The position numbers and the translations under genes were made by a program. The notes beneath the pieces are model-generated. The model searched no databases, had not been told where the DNA came from, and was given only the letters and a program-made list of their open reading frames with translations. DNA of 62,995 bases, filler included, from Octopus bimaculoides (Eukaryota), in assembly GCF_001194135.2 (NCBI RefSeq). It is 3 parts of 3 records of this genome, joined end to end, with 100 filler letters (N's around TTAATTAATTAA, not from the genome) between each part and the next. Parts side by side here need not be neighbours in the genome. Positions count along the whole stretch, not along the records: positions 41,586 to 62,995 come from NC_068991.1; 2 more parts are not named here. The stretch is one strand, 5' to 3'. Below are positions 51,700-62,995 of this stretch, piece after piece; position 1 is the stretch's first letter, and the number at the start of each line of letters is the position of its first letter.

Positions 51700-52275
51700 A
51701 ACCACTTAAATCGGAGAGGTAACCAGCATCCCGAATATTAATACCGGGTCCAATTCGCGTACCGTTCAACAGAATGTAAGTGATTTGGATGCAAATCCTG
51801 CGAACAGTAAAGTTTCTGATGATAATAACACCCATGGTATTAACTACAAATATGTTAATCTTACCAACCATGTCGATAATAAGACTGGGGGTATTTTTAA
51901 TGAACGCAGTGATGGCACTGAGCGCAGTAATCTGAACCACACGCTGCGTAGGCCCACAAATAGATTGTGTAATTGTAATTGGAAATGCCCCGCTCCACCT
52001 CGTGTCCATTATATAACATGTGTCTAGTCAACATATGTTTATCAATGTGAAATTATTACAAATCAGACTAAATATTTTTACATAGGCCCTTCTTGCAAAG
52101 ATTTTAAGCCAATTACATAATCACAAGGAGATTTAGATCTGAAGTTAAAGCGAATAGCACCTCTTTAACTAAAGTAGATGGTCAATCGTTCAACGTGCAA
52201 AACCCAATAGCAGTTATAATAAGTATTCCCTATATATTGCAGAGATTATGACATTATTATGTGATTTAATAAGAC

Positions 52276-52482
52276 GGCGAGCTAGCAGAATCGTTAGCAC
52301 GTTGAACATAATACTTACTGACATTTTGTTTGTCTTCACAATTGAGCTCAAATGCCGCTGAGGTTAACTTTTCCTTTTACCATTTCGGAGTCGACAAAAT
52401 AAGTACCAGTTGAGTTCAATGTAATCGACTAGTTCCCTCCTACAAAATTTCGGGCTTTGTGACCATAATAGAAAGTATTATT
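52276..52482 (+). mobile_element. Family-A SINE, diverged
   Basis: GGCGAGCTAGCAGAATCGTTAGCA head..AAAATAAGTACCAGTTGAG..AAAATTTCGGGCTTTGTG tail. Confidence 0.8.
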
Positions 52483-53585
52483 AATAGATTTGATGAATTA
52501 TTGTGAATTATAATAAGCATCGATTACATAATACTTTCTCTGTCACAAATCCTAATTCCCATTAGACAATACTAGTTACTTCCTCTTCATTTGTAGTTAA
52601 TGATAGCTCTTCAGGTACCTTAATATTTCTTGCCTCATGGCTAGTACAATAGTTATTTAGCAATATTCCTGATAGTCATCTTACTTGGTTTTATTAACGT
52701 GTATACGAAACAGGATTCTACATGACCTTCTCGTGTTACTATTGCATGGCGGTGTCTTCATTCGGCTAAACAGTATTCTTCCCAAAACGTATGGGAAGGA
52801 TACTACGTTCACTTGTTACATCACTTATCCCCATTCACTCTGTTCGATTATACTTTTGGAATTTCTCCTTATCACCTTAATTTTTAGCAATACATATATA
52901 CGCTAGTATATGAGTCGGATTTTATTTAGGTATGTTATATATATATATTTATATTGCTTAAGTTTTTATATTGTCATGTTTCTTTTGTACTTCACTTTTT
53001 ATACTATTGGATTTTCTATTTCATCGGCGTATCATGTTATATCCTGCCAATTTATATATTTTTATCTACTCAGATTTTTGTGCTCGTATATGCGAGTCTA
53101 CCTTTATCATTTTTCTTCACACATACTTCATAGTTGCGTAAGACACATGTTTCAGTTTTGTCTTAATTCCTATTATCTATGTTTTTCTGTTTATTCTTTC
53201 TTTAATTTCAACGATCTTTAAACGTGTGGACTTTTGTGTCTATGGTTGCATGTATGCTTCTTGTCTGTATTTACTCATTTGTAACTACATTTAATCTTTG
53301 TTAACTTGTTTCATTTCAGCGTTTTATGTGTTACTGTTTTCTTTTGCCTATCGTTACATTTTACATTGTGTCACTGCTTTATTTTCGATCGTCACATTTC
53401 GCAATTTTGCGTATATATATGTTTCTGTGTATTTACGGAGGCATTCGGAGTCATACTATTTTTATTAGCATTGTACCGCAGATGTATTCACTGTTCGTTC
53501 ATTATAAGAAATTTGTCTGTAATTTCGACCACTTTCATTTTCTACAAACCTTTAAAAAATAAACATAAAGACTTTAAATAAACAT

Positions 53586-53854
53586 ACTCTTTACTCTTTT
53601 ACTCTTTTACTTGTTTCATTCATTTGACTGCGGCTATGCTGCAGCACCGCCTTTAGTCGAGCAAATCGACCCCAGGACTTATTCTTTGTAAGCCTAGTAC
53701 TTATTCTATCGGTCTTTTTTGCCGAACCGCTAAGTTACGGGGACGTAAACACACCACCATCTGTTGTCAAGCGATGTTGGGTGGGGGGGGGAAACACAGA
53801 CACACAAACATATACACACACATACATATATACGACGGGCTTCTTTCAGTTTCC
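53586..53854 (-). mobile_element. Family-B SINE 3' two-thirds with (TAAAAGAG)n-like tail
   Basis: Reverse complement of 34250-34455; joins head sequence GACGGGCTTCTTTCAGTTTCC. Confidence 0.85.
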
Positions 53855-53936
53855 CAGCATACACCTCTCTCTAGAGAGAGAGAGAAAGCGAGTGATAAGT
53901 GACATGTGTTTTTAAGAGAGAGAGAGAGAGAGACTA

Positions 53937-54047
53937 CTGGTTGGCAATCAGCTGACCACTGGTTTGGCAATTAGCACTGGTTGGCAATTAGCGCTGGTTG
54001 GCAATTTGCGCTGGTTGGCAATCAGCTGACTACTGATTTGGCATTTA
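53937..54047. repeat. CTGGTTGGCAAT-core minisatellite, six units of 17-23 bp
   Basis: Cores at 53937, 53959, 53977, 53994, 54011, 54034; possibly in the 5' UTR of the adjacent R4/Dong element. Confidence 0.85.
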
Positions 54048-54282
54048 GAGAACTTGTATCGAAGGATCGCCTAATTGGCGATCGCCGATTAACCTTCTTT
54101 CTAACTCTATAAACAAAAACGAAAACATGAATGATGTAAGGCCACCAAGTGGTTTCGCAGCTAGTGACATTCCAACAGATTCCATAGTGTCTGCGAGCCA
54201 AACAATATTACTGCCTCAAGTAACTGACTGCTGTCCCCTGCTACGACTATGGTAAATAGCAGGCACAACTGCAACGATTATT

Positions 54283-54332
<50 letters not shown>

Positions 54333-54399
54333 CAGGATTATATACCAGTGAAAATGTGCCCTTACTGAAATTTTCCGAGAAAAGATATCTTTGGTTTTG

Positions 54400-56590
54400 A
54401 AGTACTCTCTCGAGGAGAGAGTATTCTTTACCAAAGTAAGTAAAAAAAAAACACCAGATATGGTATTGAAAGCTGTTAACGAAATTGATGATGTGTATTT
54501 ATAGCAGAGAAACCCACATTCTGGTAGATTAACGCCTGTCTATATGCTCTGGCTACTACTGCAAAGCAGTATATGAAAGACATTCAGAAAGCAAACAAAA
54601 CCGAAGCAACAAAGAAAGTGCCATCATGGATTTTGAAGACAGAGAAAAAGATAACTGGTTTACGGAAGAACATCAGTCATGTAATGCTGCTCATTGCATG
54701 GAAACAAGCAAATCACTATACGCTCCACCAACAGAAATTAAAGAAGGAGATAGAAATGAAGTTTGGAGACAGCAAAATGAGGACACTCACTTGCAAGCAG
54801 ATTACCCTCAAGCAGGAGCTAAAAGCTGTCAGTGAAAAACTCCGACATCAGATTAGAATAACCGAGAGAAGAACAATAAAAAAAAATTAACCGGAACCAG
54901 GCAGCAATATGCAGATACATGAGAGGAGGAGCAGTGAACATCACAGAAGCTCTTTTCACGAGAAGACATAAACTCCTCCTGGAGGAAAATCTGGATTGAA
55001 GAGATACTCTGTGTCCAGAAGAAATCCGAAGTTATTGCTCTTGCATTACACCCAAGACATACAACATTAATGGTGAAACTTGTAACTGTGATCCAGAACC
55101 TCCAGGATGGAGAAGCACCTGAAAGAGACTTGATTGTTGGATATCGATTGTAGCATACCACGCTGCTTAGCTCTGACAGAGACAGAATTGATCCCCAAAA
55201 GCAGAACCACCCACATGACAAAAAACTACAGGTCGATTGCATTTCAGAATTTACTGTATAAGATATATACATGTTTAAACCTCTTCCTCCAGGACCATTG
55301 TGAAACCAATAACATCATCACAGCGGAACAAGCAGCTAGGAAGAATGGAGTTTGTGGAGGTACCATGCAATTGTTAGTCAACAAAACTGAGATGTCAGCG
55401 GTGTGAGAGCATAGGAGGAACCTAGTTTCAATGTGGCTAGACTACAAGAAAGCCTTTGACTCTGTTCTCGACTCATGGATGCTTGAAGCTCTTCAACTTG
55501 CTAAAGTTCCAGTGAGCATAGTCAAAGCCATAGCTTACCTGACTTCATCATAGGCCACCATCTAGAAATTAAGCACAAACAGTGATTGTATTATCAATTT
55601 CAGAATGCAGTATTGCAAAGGCATATTCCAAGGGGACAGCCTCTCTATGATGTTGTTTATATTTTTTGAAAACCTCTTGTCATTCATGTTATGGAAGTCT
55701 GAAGGATATCTCACTGGCTCACAAGGAAACAGAAATACCAAAATTGCACAGTTTCTTTGTGGATGACTTGAAACTTTATGCAAAGAATATGCATGAGATA
55801 AAAACGAGCCTTGATCTAATTACAACATTTTTAAAGAATGTAGGGTTAGAGTTTAGTCAGGATAAAAGTTGCTATATGGTTGTGTAAAGGGGGAAAACTA
55901 TAAACCAGACTAGTAACATCTATATCAATGATTAGACTGTTTCCCCTATATCTGACGAGGAAAGTTACAGGTATCTAGGGGTAGATGAAAACATATCTTA
56001 CAATGGCACTTGGAACAAAACACGTGTCACTAAAGAATATTACAGCCGCATAAAGAAAATTTGGACCTCAGAAGTCTCTGCATTCAATAAACCAGTGGTC
56101 CACAATGTGTTTGCTGTGCCAGTATTTATACCAACATTTGGGCTGTTTGATTGGGCGCTTGATGAGATCCGAGTCATTGATGTGAAAACCCGAAAAATAA
56201 TAATAAACACACATAATTTCTACATAAAATGAAAATAAGGCGGCAGAGGCTTAATATTGATCCAAAATGCCTTTGATTGTCGTATCATATCCCTTCTGCA
56301 ACGTCTTTTATTCACCAAGTGTCAAAGTGTATCCCTTGACCAAGTTTGCATACATGAGGCTGATAGCATCATAAGACTTGGAACGCACATCCTTGAGCAA
56401 CATTCTTTGTCTGATAACCTAGAATACATGTCCAAAGAAATCGCACAACTCTACCGCAACGTATCATTAGATGAAAGGTTGAGTATCTATGAAGAGAAGA
56501 CTATGCATCTTAGTAGAAAGCTTTGAGATGATAATAACATCAATCCTCAAAACAGTTTTTCTCTGTGGGCAAGAAATCTTGAAATTAAAC
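54400..56590 (+). mobile_element. R4/Dong-type non-LTR retrotransposon, decayed RT region; 3' end lost at gap
   Basis: KNYRSIAFQNLLYKIYT, WLDYKKAFDSV, KGIFQGDSLS, FVDDLKLYAKN, YRYLGVDE, SAFNK..AVPV, GGRGL motifs in order, with many stops and frameshifts. Confidence 0.9.
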
Positions 56591-56941
56591 TGAAAAATTA
56601 TATATATATATATNNNNNNNNNNNNNNNNNNNNNNNNNNNNNNNNNNNNNNNNNNNNNNNNNNNNNNNNNNNNNNNNNNNNNNNNNNNNNNNNNNNNNNN
56701 NNNNNNNNNNNNNNNNNNNNNNNNNNNNNNNNNNNNNNNNNNNNNNNNNNNNNNNNNNNNNNNNNNNNNNNNNNNNNNNNNNNNNNNNNNNNNNNNNNNN
56801 NNNNNNNNNNNNNNNNNNNNNNNNNNNNNNNNNNNNNNNNNNNNNNNNNNNNNNNNNNNNNNNNNNNNNNNNNNNNNNNNNNNNNNNNNNNNNNNNNNNN
56901 NNNNNNNNNNNNNNNNNNNNNNNNNNNNNNNNNNNNNNNNN

Positions 56942-57004
<63 letters not shown>

Positions 57005-57540
57005 CGAGAGAGATAAAGAAAGAAACACAGAGAGAGAGGCTAGGGGAACCTCGACATTGTACAGAATGGACAGTAGCAATAGAAATAGCCCAGAATTATT
57101 CTTAATAACAGTGAGTTTTGTTTAATAGAAGAGCATCACTTGCATTTTTGGAGAAAGTTTTCTCTCGTGTTTAGGGAATGAATTTATTTTCCAATATGTT
57201 TTTATAAAAGTCTTGTGTCTAACGTACTGTTATTACAGATGAGCATTCACTGTTAACATATTTCGTAGTCAAATTATGCAAACACTGCATGAAGTAAATA
57301 TGGAAACAGTTTAATTCATACATATGATGCGCCCTAGTGGCCAGTTATTGTAAGGGAGATAAATTCTGGCAGGATAAGAAGCTTGAATTTTAAATAGAAG
57401 ATAATGTAAAAAGAAGCATAGATTAGATTGTATTTGTTTGTTTTGTTTACGTTTCACGCGATTCTTAAAGTTTCTAGTCATAGCACGTATTTCATTCTTA
57501 TTAGAAATCTTCAGCATGACATAACTCGAGACAATATAAT

Positions 57541-57753
57541 ATATTGATTCCAAATTTTGGCACAATGCCAGAAATTTATGGGGAATGGGTAAGTCGATTC
57601 CATCAACACAAATATTCAACTGGTACTTATTTTATCGACCCCGAAAGGATGAAAGGCAATGTCGACCACAGTGGAATTTGAACTCAGAATGTACAGATGG
57701 GTGAAACGCCACTAGGCATTTTGCCAGGTGTGCTAACGATTCTGTCAGTTCTC
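57541..57753 (-). mobile_element. Family-A SINE
   Basis: Homologous to 7281-7490; head-to-head with the next copy. Confidence 0.85.
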
Positions 57754-57789
57754 AATTCTATCTCTTCTTTAGTATAAATTTTTTTTTAT

Positions 57790-58003
57790 GGCGGTGAGCT
57801 GATAGAATCGTTAGCATGCCGGATAAAATGCTTGGTGGTATTTCGTCCGTTCTTAAATTCTGAGCTCAAATTCTGCTAAGGCCGACTTTGCCTTTCATTT
57901 CGGGGTCGATGAAATAAGTACCAGTTAAGCACTGGGGTTGATGTAATAGATTTACCCCGCCCTCTAAATTGCTGGCATTGTGCCAAAAATTGAAACGAAT
58001 ATT
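57790..58003 (+). mobile_element. Family-A SINE, near full length
   Basis: GGCGGTGAGCTGATAGAATCGTTAGCATGCC..CGGGGTCGATGAAATAAGTACCAG..TTGTGCCAAAAATTGAAAC. Confidence 0.85.
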
Positions 58004-58087
58004 AAATTTTCTTTAAAAAAATTACTTCATTACTTACGTATCTGATTCTCTTTTCCAGAAATACATCAAAGACGACAATACCGACAT

Positions 58088-58122
<35 letters not shown>

Positions 58123-58141
58123 CAACAGCAGAAGCAGCAGC

Positions 58142-58193
<52 letters not shown>

Positions 58194-58575
58194 AACGACT
58201 CTGGCCCAAGAGTTCGAGGCTCTAATATATACAATGAAGGCTGAAACAGAAAATATTAAATTCATGTCGGATTTTAAATGTCAGGCGGCAAAAAACACAT
58301 TATAGATTGTCGAGCGGTTCAATTGCTACGAGGAAAAGAATCTTATATTGTAGGAAGAGACGAGAATGTTGACCTTGATGTCTGTCAAACCCTTTTTCTC
58401 AGCTGATTGTTAACCCGTGGGAAGAGGGACAAGTACAAAACATACTTGCATAGACACACACACACACATACAACACACACGTACAGACATGCACACACAC
58501 ACACACACACACACATACACACACACACACATACAAACACACACAGTCACAATCACAATCGATATACATATATCA

Positions 58576-58970
58576 TTTATCTTTAACTTGTTTCTGTCAT
58601 TTAACTGCGAGCATGCTGGGGCGCCACCTTGAATGGTTTATTCAAACAAATAGAACCCAGTAATTATTATTTTTAAGCTGGTTATTTAAACCATCGGTCT
58701 CTCTTGCCGAACCGCTTGGTTACGAAGGCATAAAGAAACCAACGCCGGATGTCAAGCAATCGTGGGGTATAAACACAAACGCACACATGCATACATATAT
58801 ATTTATAACTGGCTTCCATACAGTTTCACCCTGCCAAATTTACTCACAAGCCATTCGTCGGCCGGTGTTACAGTAGAAAAGAGTTTTTCAAGGTTCCATG
58901 CAGTGAGACTGAACACAAGACCACGTGTTTGCAAAGCAAGCTTTTAAACCACATAGCGATGCCTGTACCT
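58576..58970 (-). mobile_element. Family-B-related SINE, diverged, near full length
   Basis: Colinear with 50771-51149. Confidence 0.75.
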
Positions 58971-59470
58971 ACAGATTTTTCTAACAGTCAATTCAAATAG
59001 TACTGTTAATAATGGAAAATTTTCGTGAACCGAAGAGAATAACACAGTAATTTTCCTGCTCTAAAACAGTACGAGTAAGTGTTTGATGGTCAAAAGGCGT
59101 AAAAGAGTGAAATGTATCAGACTCGTTTTTATGGGTCTGAAGTGTAATCATGCCACAGAATTCTTTACATAAAGTGCAATGTCTGTTGATTGGAACATAC
59201 AGAGAGCATATATAAAGACTACCTCTATGCAACCATATAATTACTTATAAATTATCCTTTAATACCACGAATCTGTTCCTTTATTTTCTTTTGTTGTGTC
59301 GCTGTATTTTGTATTATTTAGATTCAGATGAGCCCTGACTAAATAGTTTAACGATCATCAAAGATGTTCCAAACGTGGCCATCCCATTGTTTTGGCATAC
59401 TATATCCAGGACAACTTGATTCATATTCAGAACAACTTACTTCATTCATACATACTTACATAGATACATA

Positions 59471-60383
59471 TTGGATCATCCCATAATTAATGCAGTTTTT
59501 TTCATTGCATGAACTAAAAGTAGGAGGGGGACGGGATAAACTACCTGCATAGACTTGCTATAAAATCAGATAGGAATTTGATCTTGTCCTTTTTCTTAGT
59601 GCAAGTTTTGAAGAGTGCAGTTTGACTTTAACAGTTATTTTTTCAAAGCTATAATGGAAGTGACAAAGGAGCATATTCGGCATATTTTGCTTTATGAGTG
59701 CAATAAAGACAACAATGCAACGGAAAGTGCGAGGGATATTAACGCGAGGAATATGAATACTGAGCAACAAGCGTAACGGTGGTTCCAGAAATTCCGAGCC
59801 GGAAACTATAGCCTAGAAGACGAGTTTCGTCTTGGAAGATCTATAGAACTAGATGAGAACGTCCTGCAAATCCTGGTGGAACAAAATCTCATTGTAACTG
59901 TTGAGGAACTAACAGAGAAAATTGGATTTGGTCATTCAACCAGTCATTCAAGTCAGCGCTAGAAGAAAAACGACCATCTTTGGTTTCAAGACGAAAGATG
60001 TTCTTCTATCAGGATAATGCTCGGCTATATACAGCGAGGATGGCATTCCAAAGGCTGTAGAAGTTTGAATGGGAAACGATGTCCCACCCACCATATTCGC
60101 CTGACATTGCCCCGTCTGATTATCATTTTATTCCGCAGTCTTCAAAATCATTAGGAAGGAAAAAGTATGAATTCTACTGAGGAGGTCAGAACAGCACTGG
60201 AGAAATATTTTTCGTCACGGACAAGTGAATTTTGGAAGAGGAGCCTTGCAGTCTACCAGATAGATAGAAGAGCATTGTAGAAAATGAAGGAGAGTATATT
60301 TTAGATTAAAAGGGAACTTTGTTTATCTTAATTTTAAATAATAAAAGTATTTAAAAAACGAATTATTTATTAGGATGACCCAA
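59471..60383 (+). mobile_element. Mariner (D34D) transposon, internally deleted, both TIRs present
   Basis: TA|TTGGATCATCCCATAATTAAT at 59471 and ATTATTTATTAGGATGACCCAA ending at 60383. ORF remnant 59654-60309: MEVTKEHIRHILLYE, RWFQKFRAG, QDNAR..HPPYSPDIAPSDYH (34 spacing). WVPHEL and the first catalytic D are missing. Confidence 0.92.
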
Positions 60384-61259
60384 TGCATTTATACGTACAT
60401 ACATACATATATACATACATACACACAAACATTCATACTTTATATANNNNNNNNNNNNNNNNNNNNNNNNATATATATATATATATATATAATGTTATAA
60501 AAACAATTTACATTAAATTGAAGGATTACTCAAAACGTGTGATAGAGTACAAGTTTATTATTCTTTAAAAAGAATAGTACTGGCAGAGATTTCAAAGATA
60601 CGGCCAGTTGAGTCGTCATCGGATTATGGTAGATTTGAGTCTTTGTTAAGATACAATTTCCTGGCTTAAACTGAGCTCTGCTGAATGATCATACTAGGGC
60701 AGGTTGTGATGGGGAGGTGTTATGTAAAACTTTTATTGATTAAACAGAACTTTGTAATCAGGTTTGTCTAGTTATGTGTGTCAGCTTCAGTTAAAAAAGT
60801 TATTTTTTAGGGATTCGCATAAGAATATACGTAGGTGGAAGTGGTTTGTTGGTTAGCAGATGTGTCACTAGGTTTAGTAGTTGTGGTTTTATTTGGATAC
60901 TAGTGGGAGATTTAACCTTTTGTCTTGAGAATGTGAAGATTAAAGTTTAGAGTACCGAGTCCTGCATTTAAACCTTTGTGATTAGGTGTGTTTATTTATT
61001 TAGGCGTATAAGATTTTAAGTAAAGGAGAATTTTTAGGAGTTCACAAAAGAATATAAGTAATATGTTTTAGTTGGCCCACAAACTTCTTGTAACTGGTTT
61101 TATTTAGAATATTTTACCCGTTCATATTGCAACAGTGAACGGTAAGCATATCCTGGTGTCTCTAGTGCGGAAATTGTCTTATGCCTCATTGTTCACAAAC
61201 GGATTTACGTAAGAGTAAAGGTTGTGCGTCAGAATATTTCTCTCTAGAAGCTTCTTGTT

Positions 61260-61350
61260 CTGGACGTCATTTGTCGAAACGCTGTGTTAACAATAAACAA
61301 GAAGAGGATAAATATCCGTCAAATGTAAAATAATGTACATAATTTCTCAT
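61260..61350 (+). mobile_element. Penelope-type terminal repeat fragment with eroded hammerhead remnant
   Basis: CTG-GAC..GTC-GAAACGC followed by the GTTAACA..AAATATCCGTCAAATGTA block also seen at 2632-2683. Confidence 0.5.
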
Positions 61351-61587
61351 CTCTCAAATATAGTACAGCGTCATTTCTTTATTTGGAAAATTTAACCTTT
61401 GTGCTTTTGGGGAAATAGAGTTTGTGGACAAATTTCCTTTTATAAATATTTCTTATGGTATATTATTTTTTAACTATGAATATATGAAAAGGTGGGCCAT
61501 TCTAACAAGTGTGTGTGTATGTGTGCAATTGCGTATAAAACTAGGAAGGAAAATAAAAATAGTTATAAGAAAATAGGAGTGGCTATA

Positions 61588-61750
61588 GGCGCAGGAGTGG
61601 CTGTGTGGTAAGTAGCTTGCTTACCAACCACATGGTTCCGGGTTCAGTCCCACTGCGTGGCACTTTGGGCAAATGTCTTCTACTATAGCCTCGGGCCGAC
61701 CACAGCCTTGTGAGGGGATTTGGTAGACGGAAACTGAAAGAAGCCCGTCG
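61588..61750 (+). mobile_element. Family-B SINE head, well conserved, running into (TA)n and a gap
   Basis: GGCGCAGGAGTGGCTGTGTGGTAAG (A-box) ..GGTTCAGTCCC (B-box) ..GGAAACTGAAAGAAGCCCGTCG. Confidence 0.85.
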
Positions 61751-61752
61751 TA

Positions 61753-61787
<35 letters not shown>

Positions 61788-62112
61788 NNNNNNNNNNNNN
61801 NNNNNNNNNNNNNNNNNNNNNNNNNNNNNNNNNNNNNNNNNNNNNNNNNNNNNNNNNNNNNNNNNNNNNNNNNNNNNNNNNNNNNNNNNNNNNNNNNNNN
61901 NNNNNNNNNNNNNNNNNNNNNNNNNNNNNNNNNNNNNNNNNNNNNNNNNNNNNNNNNNNNNNNNNNNNNNNNNNNNNNNNNNNNNNNNNNNNNNNNNNNN
62001 NNNNNNNNNNNNNNNNNNNNNNNNNNNNNNNNNNNNNNNNNNNNNNNNNNNNNNNNNNNNNNNNNNNNNNNNNNNNNNNNNNNNNNNNNNNNNNNNNNNN
62101 NNNNNNNNNNNN

Positions 62113-62170
<58 letters not shown>

Positions 62171-62799
62171 TATGGTAGCCTTTAAATATGCGAATATGTA
62201 TGGTTATGTTCTAATGCAGGAGAATGATTGATTTGATATAAAACCTTCTCTGAATACAATTCGATATCCACACTTACATAATCTAAAACTAGATTTGGAA
62301 ACGAAGTGTGACGACGTGTCAGTGACTAACTAAATTTCTTTTAGTCTTTCATTCATAGCTTCTCTTCTTTGTCTTATCCCGTCTCATTTTTTTTTTGACA
62401 CTCCCTCCTATACTAAAGCTCTACAAGACGAAAACTTTAATGTCCTTCAATGTACATATATATCTTTGCATACTATATATGGATGTGTATACACCTGTGT
62501 GTGCGTGAATGAATGCACGACCAGAATTTTATGTCAACGGATTTTTGAAGAGTGAGTCATAGATTGCCATACATACACCACACACGCACATAGACATATT
62601 CATGCATTCATACCAATATCTATATGTGCATTCATTCACGCACACACAGGTGTATACACATACACATATGGTATGCACTATATAGTATGCACACTTCGTT
62701 TCCAAATCTAGTTTTAGATTATGTGAGTGTGATTATTCTCCTGCATGAGAACATAACCATACATATTCGCATATTTAAAGGCTACCATACCACACACGC

Positions 62800-62850
<51 letters not shown>

Positions 62851-62995
62851 GATATATACTCATGGGTATAGAAATAATGAAAGATTAGTAAAAAAAGGAA
62901 TGAAAGATGCACGGAAGGGAAAAAAAATCCCTAAAGCTTAAATATTTTCCCTTTATTTTATCTTTATATTTCGTAATTGCTCCAGTCATTGGACC

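Noticed and set aside
51680-52009. 109-aa minus-strand ORF
   Set aside because: No recognisable motif or splice signals; more simply the antisense shadow of the coding-like plus-strand sequence.
58059-58243. Exon after a strong TTTTCCAG acceptor
   Set aside because: Runs into (CAG)n/(TAG)n microsatellite, with no credible donor or recognisable peptide.
60560-61260. Minus-strand Penelope ORF fragment next to the terminal repeat at 61260
   Set aside because: Only a faint LSQEIVSLNK-like resemblance requiring frameshifts; not enough to annotate.

Overview
AT-rich eukaryotic genomic DNA, very rich in microsatellites and N gaps. The repeat families recalled from memory (not searched) point to an octopus/cephalopod genome. 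Nearly all long ORFs in the supplied track are artefacts of N gaps or simple repeats. Two identical 100-bp spacers (44 N + TTAATTAATTAA + 44 N) at 23451-23550 and 41486-41585 look like artificial scaffold joins, so the window is probably three pieces. Supported content: (1) many tRNA-derived SINE copies of several families, including inverted pairs; (2) decayed transposons: R4/Dong-type, L1/Tx1, CR1/L2-type, RTE, Tc1 (DD34E), an internally deleted mariner with both TIRs, and an LTR+PBS stub; (3) a decayed Penelope-like element with the GIY-YIG endonuclease N-terminal to the RT (Naiad-like permuted order) at about 45.6-47.9 kb, and Penelope-type terminal repeats, one with a minimal hammerhead ribozyme fold; (4) about 27 same-strand copies of a GCTAGAAATAGCAGCCAAATCTCCCTCAAATCAC motif in CRISPR-looking but SINE-derived tandem arrays, part of which has an A/B dimer higher-order structure; (5) a two-exon candidate gene for a 155-aa secreted protein with 8 Cys (50417-51699), two orphan exons of an unidentified gene, and two miRNA-like hairpins. 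No rRNA, bona fide tRNA or CRISPR system is supported.
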